Positions 44,950-53,056 of a stretch of 64,000 bases of DNA are shown piece after piece. Below the pieces are notes generated by a model. That model was not told where the DNA came from and did no database searches. It was given only the letters and a program-made list of their open reading frames with translations. The DNA is from a bacterium (lineage in GTDB: Bacteria; Sysuimicrobiota; Sysuimicrobiia; Sysuimicrobiales; Kaftiobacteriaceae). The stretch lies in contig DATDQT010000083.1 of assembly GCA_035292085.1 (NCBI GenBank), positions 12,288 through 76,287 of the forward strand, given 5' to 3'. A program made the position numbers and the translations under genes. Every line of letters begins with the position of its first letter. Position 1 is the stretch's first letter.

Positions 44950-45882
44950 GTGCAGCAGACGACCCGGCTCGGTGTCGTGGGGCTTGGCCAGTGGGGGCGT
45001 CACCATGCCCGTATCTATGCGGGCCTCCCAGGAGTGACGCTGGTGGCGGTGGCCGACCGCGACGGGGCGGGGGCCCGCTCGTTCGCGCACCGCTACGGGT
45101 GCCAGGCGCTCACGGACTACCGCGATCTGATTGGTCGGGTCGACGCGGTCAGCGTCGTGGTGCCGACGGGGTTGCACTACCAGGTCGCCCGGGATTTTCT
45201 CGCCGCCGGCGTCCACGTCCTCATCGAGAAACCGATGACGTCCACCCCGGACCAGGCGGCCGACCTCGTGGCGCGCGCCGAGCAGCACGGTTTGGTCCTC
45301 CTGGTCGGCCACGTGGAGCGCTTCAAGCCGGCCGTCAGGCAGCTCGCACAGCTGGCGCCTGAGCCCGTGTTCATCCAGGCGCGCCGGGTGCGCCCGTTCG
45401 ACCGGACCCGGGCCATGGACGTGGGCGTCGTCATGGACCTCATGATTCACGACATCGACATCATCCTGGGCGTGACCGGGGGCCGCGTGACGGAAGTCAG
45501 CGGGATGGGCCTGCGCATGCACAACTCCCACGAAGACCTCGCCGTCGCCCATCTGCAGCTGTCGACGGGCTGCGCCGCCTGGCTCCTGGCCAGCCGCATC
45601 TCTGCCGAGAAGGCGGCGGAGATCGAGATCACGACCGCGGACTCGGCGATCCGCCTCGACTACCTCCGCCAGCACACCGTGGTCCAGCCGTTCGGCGGGG
45701 AAGCACGGCGCATCGCCACCCACGCCGAAGAACCCCTCAAGGCCGAACTGCAGCATTTTGTGGACTGCGTGCAAGGACGCGACCAGCCGCTCGTCTCAGG
45801 CGCGGACGGCCTGCGTGCGCTGGAAGTGGCGCACCGGTTGTTGACGACGATGGCGGTGGTCGCTCCGCCAGTGCGGGTGTAG
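44950..45882 (+). CDS. Gfo/Idh/MocA-family NAD(P)-dependent oxidoreductase
   Basis: 310 aa. The N-terminus LGVVGLGQWGRHHARIY and the EKPM motif (VLIEKPMT) fit. It is paired with the DegT aminotransferase, as in amino-sugar pathways. Confidence 0.8.
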   Translation: MQQTTRLGVVGLGQWGRHHARIYAGLPGVTLVAVADRDGAGARSFAHRYGCQALTDYRDLIGRVDAVSVVVPTGLHYQVARDFLAAGVHVLIEKPMTSTPDQAADLVARAEQHGLVLLVGHVERFKPAVRQLAQLAPEPVFIQARRVRPFDRTRAMDVGVVMDLMIHDIDIILGVTGGRVTEVSGMGLRMHNSHEDLAVAHLQLSTGCAAWLLASRISAEKAAEIEITTADSAIRLDYLRQHTVVQPFGGEARRIATHAEEPLKAELQHFVDCVQGRDQPLVSGADGLRALEVAHRLLTTMAVVAPPVRV

Positions 45883-45903
45883 TTGCGAACCGTGAGCTGT
45901 GCG

Positions 45904-46152
45904 TTAGGGTTTTACGATGACGCAGGTCGCGACTTCGACCACTCCGTCGATCCTGCGCACGGCGGCCGTGAGGCTGGGAAAGCCCCGGGTTCCCTCGAGC
46001 TCGGCGATCGCGACGACATCATAGTCGCCCATGGTCACGTGGGCATCGACCACGCCGTCCAGCTGCCGGATCGCCCGCGCCACCGCGGCCGGAGTGCTGC
46101 GGTTGATCGAGACCAGTACGTATGCCACCTCGGTCACGCCCCCAACTTTCAA
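45904..46152 (-). CDS. Lrp/AsnC ligand-binding-domain-only small protein
   Basis: 82 aa. AYVLVSIN...GVVDAHVTMGDYDVVAIAE...IDGVVEVATCVIV matches the AsnC_trans_reg (RAM) domain pattern. The start (TTG 46152 or a downstream GTG) is uncertain. Confidence 0.6.
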   Translation of the reverse strand: MKVGGVTEVAYVLVSINRSTPAAVARAIRQLDGVVDAHVTMGDYDVVAIAELEGTRGFPSLTAAVRRIDGVVEVATCVIVKP

Positions 46153-46206
46153 CTTCCAGTTGGGTCTGTCCTGTTGCAGTTACCCACCACCTAGCGCTGG
46201 GGTGGA

Positions 46207-46236
46207 TTGACAGCCGGCGCGGGCGGGCTTTACCCT
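46207..46236 (+). promoter_or_regulatory. Putative promoter of the FMN-riboswitch/ribU transcript (TTGACA-18 nt-TACCCT)
   Basis: Consensus -35 TTGACA at 46207-46212 and TAnnnT-type -10 TACCCT at 46231-46236, about 25 nt upstream of riboswitch stem P1. Confidence 0.35.
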
Positions 46237-46259
46237 TACGAGGAGCACTACCGAAGCCC

Positions 46260-46474
46260 GCAGCGCTCTGGGGCAGGGTGAGTCCTAACCGCGGTTAGGG
46301 CAATTCCCGATCGGCGGTGACAGCCCGTGACGGCTGCCAGGCGGCGGCCGGTGGCCCGGTGAAATTCCGGGGTCGACGGTAAGCCCCGTTCCAAGTCGGC
46401 AGGTACGTTGTGCAGTTTCGGAGCATGTGGCAGCCGACTTGGAACGGGGTAAGTCCGTATGAGGTGAACGCTGC
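46260..46474 (+). promoter_or_regulatory. FMN riboswitch (RFN element) aptamer with two atypical hairpin insertions
   Basis: P1 is GCAGCG(46260-65)/CGCUGC(46469-74). Core strands: GGGGCAGGGUGA..AAUUCCCGAUCGGCGGUGACAGCCCGUGAC..CCGGUGAAAUUCCGGGGUCGACGGUAAG..UAAGUCCGUAUGAGGUGAAC. These match the remembered B. subtilis ribD RFN consensus (GGGGCAGGGUGAAAUUCCCGACCGGCGGU...AGCCCGUGAC...GCCGACAGUGAAAGUCUGGAUGGGAGAAG). A RibU-like gene follows. Confidence 0.75.
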
Positions 46475-46501
46475 GAGATGCCGGCGCCCCAGCGCCCCGA
46501 G

Positions 46502-46531
46502 GACGCCCGACGTTGGGCGTCTTTTGCTTTT
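46502..46531 (+). terminator. Intrinsic terminator of the FMN riboswitch expression platform
   Basis: GACGCCC (46502-08) pairs with GGGCGTC (46515-21), followed by TTTTGCTTTT, upstream of the ribU RBS AGGAGGGG. Confidence 0.7.
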
Positions 46532-46565
46532 GGGCGACCGGAGGTCGTGCGTAGGAGGGGTATTC

Positions 46566-47090
46566 ATGAAGACCCGAGATCTTACCGTCACCGCGCTGCT
46601 CATCGCGTTGACCACCGTCGCCACGATGGTGGTGCGCATCCCCGTGCCGGCGACTCAGGGCTATATCAACCTGGGGGACTCACTGGTTTACATCGCCGCG
46701 CTGTTGTTCGGCCCACTCACAGGCCTCATCGCCGGAGGGGTGGGATCGGCGCTCGCGGACCTGCTCGGCGGCTACACGCAGTTCGCACCATATACCCTCG
46801 TGATCAAGGGTCTGGAAGGGCTGTTGGTGGGTCTGGTCGCATGGCGGCTGACACGGGGACCGACGGCAACGGCCGGTGGAGTGGCCGCCGCGGTCCTGGC
46901 CATCCTCATCGGCGGCGCGGTCATGGTCGGAGGCTACTTCGTGGCGGAAGCGTTCATCATGGGGTTAGGCACCTCGGCGGCCGGCGCTGAAGTCCCGGGA
47001 AACATCTTCCAGGTCGCGGGCGGGCTGGTGGTCGCCATCCCCGCGGCGCTCCTGCTCCGCGGTCTCGTCCCGTCCCGGCGCGCGCCGTAG
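46566..47090 (+). CDS. ribU: ECF-transporter S component, riboflavin transporter RibU-like
   Basis: Trimmed from ORF 46410..47090 to ATG 46566. 174 aa, six hydrophobic segments, LTVTALLIALTTVATMVVRIPVP...GYINLGDSLVYIAALLFGP. The assignment is supported by the upstream FMN riboswitch. Confidence 0.7.
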   Translation: MKTRDLTVTALLIALTTVATMVVRIPVPATQGYINLGDSLVYIAALLFGPLTGLIAGGVGSALADLLGGYTQFAPYTLVIKGLEGLLVGLVAWRLTRGPTATAGGVAAAVLAILIGGAVMVGGYFVAEAFIMGLGTSAAGAEVPGNIFQVAGGLVVAIPAALLLRGLVPSRRAP

Positions 47091-48104
47091 GTGGCCGTGC
47101 TCCGCACCGGCAAGGTGCCGCCGGATCTTCTCCGCGCGCTGATCTTTCCGTACCTGGGACGGCGGGCCGATGTCCTCGTTCATGCAGGCATCGGACAAGA
47201 CAGCGCGGTCCTCGACTTCGGCGAGTGGGCCGCGGTCTTGACCTGCGATCCGATTACCGCAGCCCGGCGTCACCTGGGCCGGCTGGCCGTTCACGTCACC
47301 TGCAACGATCTCGTGACCACCGGCGCAGAACCGGTGGGCCTGCTCCTGACGCTGCTGCTGAGGGAAGACACGCCCGACGGTGAACTGGCCGCCATCATGC
47401 GCGAGGCCGGCGAGACCGCCCTCGCGCTGGGTGTCGAGATCATCGGGGGGCACACGGAAGTGACGCCTGGGATCGACCGCACGATCGCCATGGTAGCCGG
47501 CATCGGCCGCGTACGCAAAGCCGACCTCATCACGCCCCGCGGCGCGAGGGCCGGGGATGCTGTCCTCATCACAAAAGGGGTCGCGGTGGAAGGCACGGCC
47601 ATCCTCGCCGACGACCTGGCCGGCGTCCTGCGCGGGCGCGTCGACGGCGCAGTCCTCGACCGCGCCCGGACACTGATCGACCGGATCAGCGTGGTCCCCG
47701 ACGGCTTGATCGCATCACGCAACGGCGCCACCGCCATGCACGACATCACGGAGGGCGGAGTCCTCGCCGGTGCGTGGGAACTGGCTGAGGCGGCTGGCGC
47801 CGGCATCGAGATCTGGGCGGACCGCATCCCGGTATTCCCGGAAACCTCGGCGATCTGCGCGGTGCTCGACGTCAACCCGCTGGCCCTCATCGGCAGCGGG
47901 GCCATGCTGGTCGCCACGCGCACCCCGCGGCGGACCGTGGAAGCGCTGGAAGGCAACGGTATCCCCGCCGCCCACATCGGGATGCTCACCGAGGCCGCAC
48001 GTTCCATCCATACGCCCGCGGGCGTCCGGGAGCTTGTGCCGCCGGACCGCGATGAACTCTGGCGAATTCTCGAATTGACACAATCGACTCAACGTACGCA
48101 ATAA
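47091..48104 (+). CDS. AIR-synthase-related (PurM/HypE/ThiL-fold) protein of unknown specificity
   Basis: 337 aa. GTG 47091 directly follows the ribU stop. GIGQDSAVLDFGEWAAVLTCDPIT and EIIGGHTEVTPG are typical of the PurM-like N and C domains. Confidence 0.65.
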   Translation: MAVLRTGKVPPDLLRALIFPYLGRRADVLVHAGIGQDSAVLDFGEWAAVLTCDPITAARRHLGRLAVHVTCNDLVTTGAEPVGLLLTLLLREDTPDGELAAIMREAGETALALGVEIIGGHTEVTPGIDRTIAMVAGIGRVRKADLITPRGARAGDAVLITKGVAVEGTAILADDLAGVLRGRVDGAVLDRARTLIDRISVVPDGLIASRNGATAMHDITEGGVLAGAWELAEAAGAGIEIWADRIPVFPETSAICAVLDVNPLALIGSGAMLVATRTPRRTVEALEGNGIPAAHIGMLTEAARSIHTPAGVRELVPPDRDELWRILELTQSTQRTQ

Positions 48105-48177
48105 CTTGCTTCGGCCCGACAGAGGAGCGGCAGGTCATCGAGTCGATTGTGTGCCTGGTGTCAATCGTGTACATTGA

Positions 48178-48276
48178 TAGGTAGAGGGGAGCTCGGGCCA
48201 CCGGGCTGAGAGTGCACCTTATCGCGGTGCAGACCCTTACGACCCGATCCAGGTAATGCTGGCGTGGGGACATCGG
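48178..48276 (+). promoter_or_regulatory. TPP (THI-box) riboswitch
   Basis: GGGGAGCUCGGGCCACCGGGCUGAGAGUGCACC...GCAGACCCUUACGACCCGAUCCAGGUAAUGCUGGCGUGGGGA carries the conserved CUGAGA, ACCC and GAUC-AGG-UAAUGC-GGCG blocks. A GC-rich hairpin at about 48291-48316 plus UUCAUCAUU follows. The thiT-thiN genes lie downstream. Confidence 0.8.
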
Positions 48277-48335
48277 ATACGCAGCGAGGCGCCGCACCCC
48301 GGATTCGGGTGGCGGCGTTCATCATTGGTGGTGAG

Positions 48336-48605
48336 ATGGATACCCGTCTCGTTGAGGTCAAAGCGGAGCGCCTGCTGTGCCATCTCTGAGCGGCGCGCGT
48401 CCAGGCGGCCTTGGAGAGGCTGCCGGGGGTAACACGCGCCCGTGTCGATTTCGCGACCAAGACCGCGGTGGTCGAGGGGGATGCCCGAATCACCCCGGAG
48501 GTCGTACGCCGCCGCATCGACGGCCTCGACACGCGGTTGACGGCGCGACACTGGCTGCACCGGGTGTGGTCCAGAATACGTGACCCGAGGGGGGACAGGC
48601 GATGA
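48336..48605 (+). CDS. Candidate selenoprotein or pseudogene: HMA (heavy-metal-associated) domain protein with an in-frame TGA at the second Cys of CxxC
   Basis: ATG 48336, after GGTGGTGAG, gives MDTRLVEVKAERLLCHL-TGA(48387)-AARVQAALERLPGVTRARVDFATKTAVVEGDARITPEVVRRRIDGL..., which fits the HMA pattern C-x-x-C-x-x-x-V-x-x-x-L-x-x-x-x-GV-x-x-x-x-V. The SECIS-like hairpin is at 48392-48440, and the stop overlaps the thiT ATG. Confidence 0.4.
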
Positions 48606-49123
48606 GTAGACACACGCTGCAGCGACTGGTGGAGACCGCCGTGGCGCTCGCGCTGGTGGCCGTGCTCAGCCGCATCAAGGTGTACCAGCTCCCGCAGGGC
48701 GGCTCGATCACCGCGGGAAGCATGGTGCCGGTATTCTATGTGGCCCTGCGCTGGGGCGGGTGGTGGGGAATCCTCACCGGCGTCCTGGCCGGGGTGCTCA
48801 ACTACGTGAGCGAGCCCTTTTTCGTGCATCCAATCCAGGTCCTCCTCGACTATCCGGTCGCCTTCGGCGCGCTGGGGGTGGCGGGATTCTTCCAGCGGGC
48901 GCCGATCGTGGGAATCATCCTGGGCGGTGCCGGGCGGTTCGTTGCCCACTTCCTCTCCGGAGTGGTGTACTTTGCCTCATTTGCGCCCGAAGGCGTGTCC
49001 CCCATGGTGTACTCGGCGGCGTACAACGGCAGCTACATGTTGCCTGAGGTGATCGTCAGTATCGTGCTGACACTGGTCGTGCTGCGGGCCATGCAGCGGG
49101 TCAGGCCGGTTCCGGCCGCGTGA
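48602..49123 (+). CDS. thiT: Energy-coupling-factor thiamine transporter S component ThiT
   Basis: 173 aa. Contains LPQGGSITAGSMVPVFYVALRWGGWWG...LDYPVAFGALG, downstream of the TPP riboswitch and upstream of thiamine pyrophosphokinase. Confidence 0.75.
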   Translation: MSRHTLQRLVETAVALALVAVLSRIKVYQLPQGGSITAGSMVPVFYVALRWGGWWGILTGVLAGVLNYVSEPFFVHPIQVLLDYPVAFGALGVAGFFQRAPIVGIILGGAGRFVAHFLSGVVYFASFAPEGVSPMVYSAAYNGSYMLPEVIVSIVLTLVVLRAMQRVRPVPAA

Positions 49124-49761
49124 AGTCCGCGGTCATTATTGCCAACGGCAGGTTTCGTCCGTCTGCCGGTCTGCGTGAGGTAGTCGCGGCCGCCGACGTG
49201 GTGATCTGCGCCGACGGCGGGCTGCGCCATGCCCGGACGCTTGGCCGCGCGCCGCACATCGTGGTGGGGGATTTCGATTCCGTTCCCCCGCGCCTGCTGG
49301 CCTGGGCCGAGCGGCGCGGGGCGGAGTTACGGCAGCATCCCACGGCCAAGGACAAAACGGACACCGAGCTCGCGCTCGATGCCGCCGTCGCCTGGGGCGC
49401 CCGGCTCGTCGACTTCCTCGCCGTCATGGGCGGCCGCCCGGATCACGCGCTGGCGAACCTGTTCCTGCTGGTCGCCGCCCGGCGGCACGGCGTGCGCTCG
49501 CGCATCCATGATGGCCGCCGTCTGCTGTTTCTGGTAGAGTCCGAGGAAGTGGTGCCCGGCACTCGAGGCGATACCCTGTCCTTCCTGGCGCTGTCAGACG
49601 CCGCGGAGGGTATCACGACAGCAGGACTCCGCTATCCGCTCGCCGGCGGCAGGCTGGCCGTGGGGTCTTCCCTGGGCATCAGCAACGTGATCGAGTCGGT
49701 ACCGGCCAGGGTGACCGTGAAGCGCGGTGTGCTCCTGGCGATGTTGAGTCGGCGAGGGTAG
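49120..49761 (+). CDS. thiN: Thiamine pyrophosphokinase
   Basis: 213 aa. Contains ADGGLRHARTLGRAPHIVVGDFDS and KDKTDTELALD motifs. Overlaps the thiT stop. Confidence 0.8.
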   Translation: MKSAVIIANGRFRPSAGLREVVAAADVVICADGGLRHARTLGRAPHIVVGDFDSVPPRLLAWAERRGAELRQHPTAKDKTDTELALDAAVAWGARLVDFLAVMGGRPDHALANLFLLVAARRHGVRSRIHDGRRLLFLVESEEVVPGTRGDTLSFLALSDAAEGITTAGLRYPLAGGRLAVGSSLGISNVIESVPARVTVKRGVLLAMLSRRG

Positions 49762-49765
49762 GACT

Positions 49766-50647
49766 GTGAGCGACTATCTGGTGCGTACGATCAGCGAAGA
49801 CGGCACGGTCCGGGCGCTGGCCGCGGTCACGACCTCGACCGTCGAGCGGGCGCGGCGCCGGCATGGCACGGCGCCGACGGCCACCGCAGCGCTGGGCCGG
49901 ACGCTGACCGCCGCGGGCCTGTTGGGCGCCACGTTAAGGGACGGCCAGACCGTCATGGTGCGCGTGCTGGGGGATGGGCCGCTGGGCGGCGTCCTCGCGA
50001 GCGGCGATGGGGCAGGGGCGGTGCGAGGGTATGTCGCCAACCCGGAGGTCCACCTGCCGCCCACGCCCGCGGGGAAACTCGACGTGGGAGGTGCCGTGGG
50101 GAGGGGAACCCTGCATGTGACGATGGACCTGGGACTGCGCGTGCCCTACCACGGCAGCGTGCCCCTGGTGTCAGGGGAGATCGGCGAGGACCTGGCGTCC
50201 TATCTGGTGACGTCCCATCAGATTCCGTCAGTCGTGGCGCTGGGCGTGCTAGTCTCACGGGAGGAGCGCGTGCTCGCCGCCGGCGGGTTGCTCGTGCAGC
50301 TCTTGCCTGGAGCCGACGACGCCGTGGTCCAGCGTCTTGAGGAACGGGCCCGCGTGCTTCCCACGATCACGTCGATGATCAGCCACGGGCGCACGCCAGA
50401 GGACATCGTCGCCGAAGCCCTCGGCGACCTTCCCATCCGGATCGTCGACCGCAAGATCGTGCGCTTCCGCTGCCGCTGTTCCATCGCGCGGGTGCGCGGC
50501 ATGCTGTCACTGCTGGGCGCCGAGGAACTGCGGGAGATCGTGAGCGAGCAGGGGCGGGTGGAAGTTCAGTGCAATTTCTGCGCGCGCCGGTACGTGCTGA
50601 ACGCAGTTCAGGTAGAAGACTTAATTGCGCGGAAGACGATTCAATAA
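49766..50647 (+). CDS. hslO: Hsp33-family redox-regulated chaperone
   Basis: 293 aa with the C-terminal zinc centre CRCS...CNFCARRY and the N-terminus DYLVRTISEDGTVRALAAVTT. Confidence 0.8.
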   Translation: MSDYLVRTISEDGTVRALAAVTTSTVERARRRHGTAPTATAALGRTLTAAGLLGATLRDGQTVMVRVLGDGPLGGVLASGDGAGAVRGYVANPEVHLPPTPAGKLDVGGAVGRGTLHVTMDLGLRVPYHGSVPLVSGEIGEDLASYLVTSHQIPSVVALGVLVSREERVLAAGGLLVQLLPGADDAVVQRLEERARVLPTITSMISHGRTPEDIVAEALGDLPIRIVDRKIVRFRCRCSIARVRGMLSLLGAEELREIVSEQGRVEVQCNFCARRYVLNAVQVEDLIARKTIQ

Positions 50648-50661
50648 CGGTTTCCGGTACG

Positions 50662-50853
50662 TCAGCTCGCTCTCGCCAGCCGGCCCGATCTCAGGCAGGT
50701 CGTGCAGACCAGCAACCGCCGTCGTGTTCCCCCGACGACCCCGTGGACCCGCTGCAGGTTGGGCATAAACCGGCGCTTGGTTTTCACCTTGGAATGGCTG
50801 ATCGAATGTCCGCTTGCCGGACGCTTGCCGCAGATGTCACAGACCCTGGCCAT
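50662..50853 (-). CDS. rpmB: 50S ribosomal protein L28
   Basis: Trimmed from ORF 50662..51078 to ATG 50853, preceded by GGAGG. Sequence [34 protein letters not shown]; 63 aa. Confidence 0.85.
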   Translation of the reverse strand: MARVCDICGKRPASGHSISHSKVKTKRRFMPNLQRVHGVVGGTRRRLLVCTTCLRSGRLARAS

Positions 50854-50932
50854 CGTTTGACCTCCACCACCGGTGAAGTGTAACACACACGGCAGGCAAG
50901 GGAAAGCCGACCCGCGTAGAACATTAGCGGCG

Positions 50933-53056
50933 ATGGCCACGACGCGCCGCAGCGCTGTCCCTCCGACGACCCCTCCGCGGACGGCACGTGACCTCCCGCC
51001 GGCAGACGTTCCCGCCCAGTTCGTGAAGGGTGTGGGGCCTGTCCGGGCGGCCCAGCTCGCCCGCCTTGGGGTGCACACGGTCGACGATCTGCTGCATCAC
51101 AAACCCGCGCGCTACGAAGACCGCAGCCACATCGCGGCCATCGGATCGCTGGTTCCCGGCATGCGCCAGACCACACAGGGCACGGTGGTCGCCGTCAGCG
51201 AGCGGCGGCACGGGACCTACCAGTTCCAGGCGGCGCTGCGCGACGACACCGGTGTCCTGCAGGCGACCTGGTTCGGCCAGCGGTATCTGCGCAAACTGAT
51301 CCGCCGCGGCACCCGCCTGATCGTCTACGGCAAAGTCGACCGGTTCGGCGGTTTCCAGATGGTGGTTGATGACTTCGAGATCCTCAGCGGCGATGAGGAA
51401 GATACCCTGCACACCGGCCGGGTTGTGCCGGTTCACCCCGCGACGGAAGGACTCACACCGCGGGCGCTGCGGACCGTGATCGCCCAGGCCCTCGAGACCT
51501 ATGCGGATGCGGAGCCGGACGTGCTCCCGGACCCGCTGCGCCGGCGGTTTGGATTCGCCGGCATCGCCGAGGCAGTGAGAGCGCTGCACTTCCCCTCCAC
51601 CCTGGCCGATGCCGACCACGCCCGTCGCCGCCTGGCGTTCGAAGAGTTCTTCGTCCTGCAGGCCGGTCTGTTGCAGCGCAAGCACGCTCTCGACACGATC
51701 GACAAAGGCGTCCGCTACCAGAAGGCCGACGCCCTCATCCAGCGGCTGGTGGCGACACTGCCGTATGCGCTGACCGGCGCGCAACGGCGCGTGATCGCCG
51801 ACATCGCGCGCGACCTGCAGCGCAGCCAGCCGATGAACCGGCTCCTCCAGGGAGACGTCGGATCCGGCAAGACCGTCGTCGCGGCGACCGCCTTGTGGCT
51901 TGCCATCGGCAACCGGCTACAGGGCGCGCTGATGGCGCCGACGGAGATCCTCGCCGAGCAGCACTATCTCACCCTCCGCCGGCTGCTGGCCCCTCTGCGG
52001 GTGAAGGTCGCGCTGGTGACCGGTGGCGGCCGGAAGCGCGAGCGGGAGTCTGTGCGTCGTGATATCGTCTCCGGGGCCGCCGACCTCGTCGTCGGTACGC
52101 ACGCACTGCTGGAGGGAGGGGTCGCGTTCAAGCGGTTGGGACTTCTCGTGGTGGATGAGCAGCACAAGTTCGGCGTGATGCAGCGCGCGGCGCTGCGGCG
52201 GAAGGGGTTCCACCCCGACGTGTTGATCATGACGGCAACCCCGATCCCGCGCACTCTATCGATGACCCTCTACGGCGACCTGGACGTGTCGGTGCTGGAC
52301 GAGATGCCCCCGGGCCGCGGGATTGTCAAGACGTACGTGCGCGCGCCGGAGAAGCGTCCGGACGTCTACGCCTGGGTGCGCGAGCAGGTCCGCGCCGGCC
52401 GGCAGGCCTATGTCGTGTGCCCCCTGATCGAAGGGTCCGAAAAGCTGCAGGCGGAGGCCGCCGTGGCTCTCGCCGCACGGCTCCGGCATGAGGTCTTCGC
52501 GGGGATCCGTCTGGCCCTGCTGCACGGCCGGATGCCCACGGATGAGAAGGAGGCCACGATGGAGCAGTTCCGGCGTGGGGTCGTCCAGGTGCTCGTGGCG
52601 ACCTCGGTCATCGAGGTCGGCATCGACGTGCCGGCTGCGACCATCATGGTCGTGGAAGATGCCGACCGGTTTGGTCTGGCGCAGCTCCACCAACTGCGCG
52701 GACGGATCGGCCGCGGGGCGGAAACCTCGTTCTGCATCCTGCTCACCTCGCCGCGGACGGACGCGGCCCGGGAGCGAATGGACGTCATGGCCCAGACGAA
52801 AGACGGGTTCATCATCGCGCAGCGGGACCTTGAACTGCGGGGCCCCGGCGAAATCTTCGGGACCAGACAGCACGGCCTGCCGGACCTGCGGATTGCCGAT
52901 CCCGTCGCCGACCTACCGCTGCTCGAGGCCGCCCGGCAGGAAGCCCGGATGGTCGTCGAGCGGGATCCGCGGCTGGACGATCCAGCCCACCGTGCGCTGC
53001 GCCACGCCGTGCAGGCCCGGTTCCTCAAGCCCGGTGAAGCGGCGGCGGTCGGCTGA
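50933..53056 (+). CDS. recG: ATP-dependent DNA helicase RecG
   Basis: Start ATG 50933 (GTG 50873 is also possible). Contains [14 protein letters not shown], helicase motif [19 protein letters not shown] (VVDEQHKFG) and [12 protein letters not shown]; 707 aa. Confidence 0.85.
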   Translation: MATTRRSAVPPTTPPRTARDLPPADVPAQFVKGVGPVRAAQLARLGVHTVDDLLHHKPARYEDRSHIAAIGSLVPGMRQTTQGTVVAVSERRHGTYQFQAALRDDTGVLQATWFGQRYLRKLIRRGTRLIVYGKVDRFGGFQMVVDDFEILSGDEEDTLHTGRVVPVHPATEGLTPRALRTVIAQALETYADAEPDVLPDPLRRRFGFAGIAEAVRALHFPSTLADADHARRRLAFEEFFVLQAGLLQRKHALDTIDKGVRYQKADALIQRLVATLPYALTGAQRRVIADIARDLQRSQPMNRLLQGDVGSGKTVVAATALWLAIGNRLQGALMAPTEILAEQHYLTLRRLLAPLRVKVALVTGGGRKRERESVRRDIVSGAADLVVGTHALLEGGVAFKRLGLLVVDEQHKFGVMQRAALRRKGFHPDVLIMTATPIPRTLSMTLYGDLDVSVLDEMPPGRGIVKTYVRAPEKRPDVYAWVREQVRAGRQAYVVCPLIEGSEKLQAEAAVALAARLRHEVFAGIRLALLHGRMPTDEKEATMEQFRRGVVQVLVATSVIEVGIDVPAATIMVVEDADRFGLAQLHQLRGRIGRGAETSFCILLTSPRTDAARERMDVMAQTKDGFIIAQRDLELRGPGEIFGTRQHGLPDLRIADPVADLPLLEAARQEARMVVERDPRLDDPAHRALRHAVQARFLKPGEAAAVG

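Noticed and set aside
46410-46565. N-terminal extension of the ribU ORF (MQFRSMWQPTWNGV…)
   Set aside because: This segment lies inside the FMN riboswitch hairpin insertion and the terminator. The transporter begins at ATG 46566, after an AGGAGGGG RBS.
48411-48605. The 64-aa ORF taken as an independent gene starting at TTG 48411
   Set aside because: It would encode only the C-terminal two thirds of an HMA fold and has no RBS. The upstream in-frame sequence supplies the missing beta1-loop-helix1, with only the TGA interrupting. It is therefore treated as one unit, either Sec-containing or a pseudogene.
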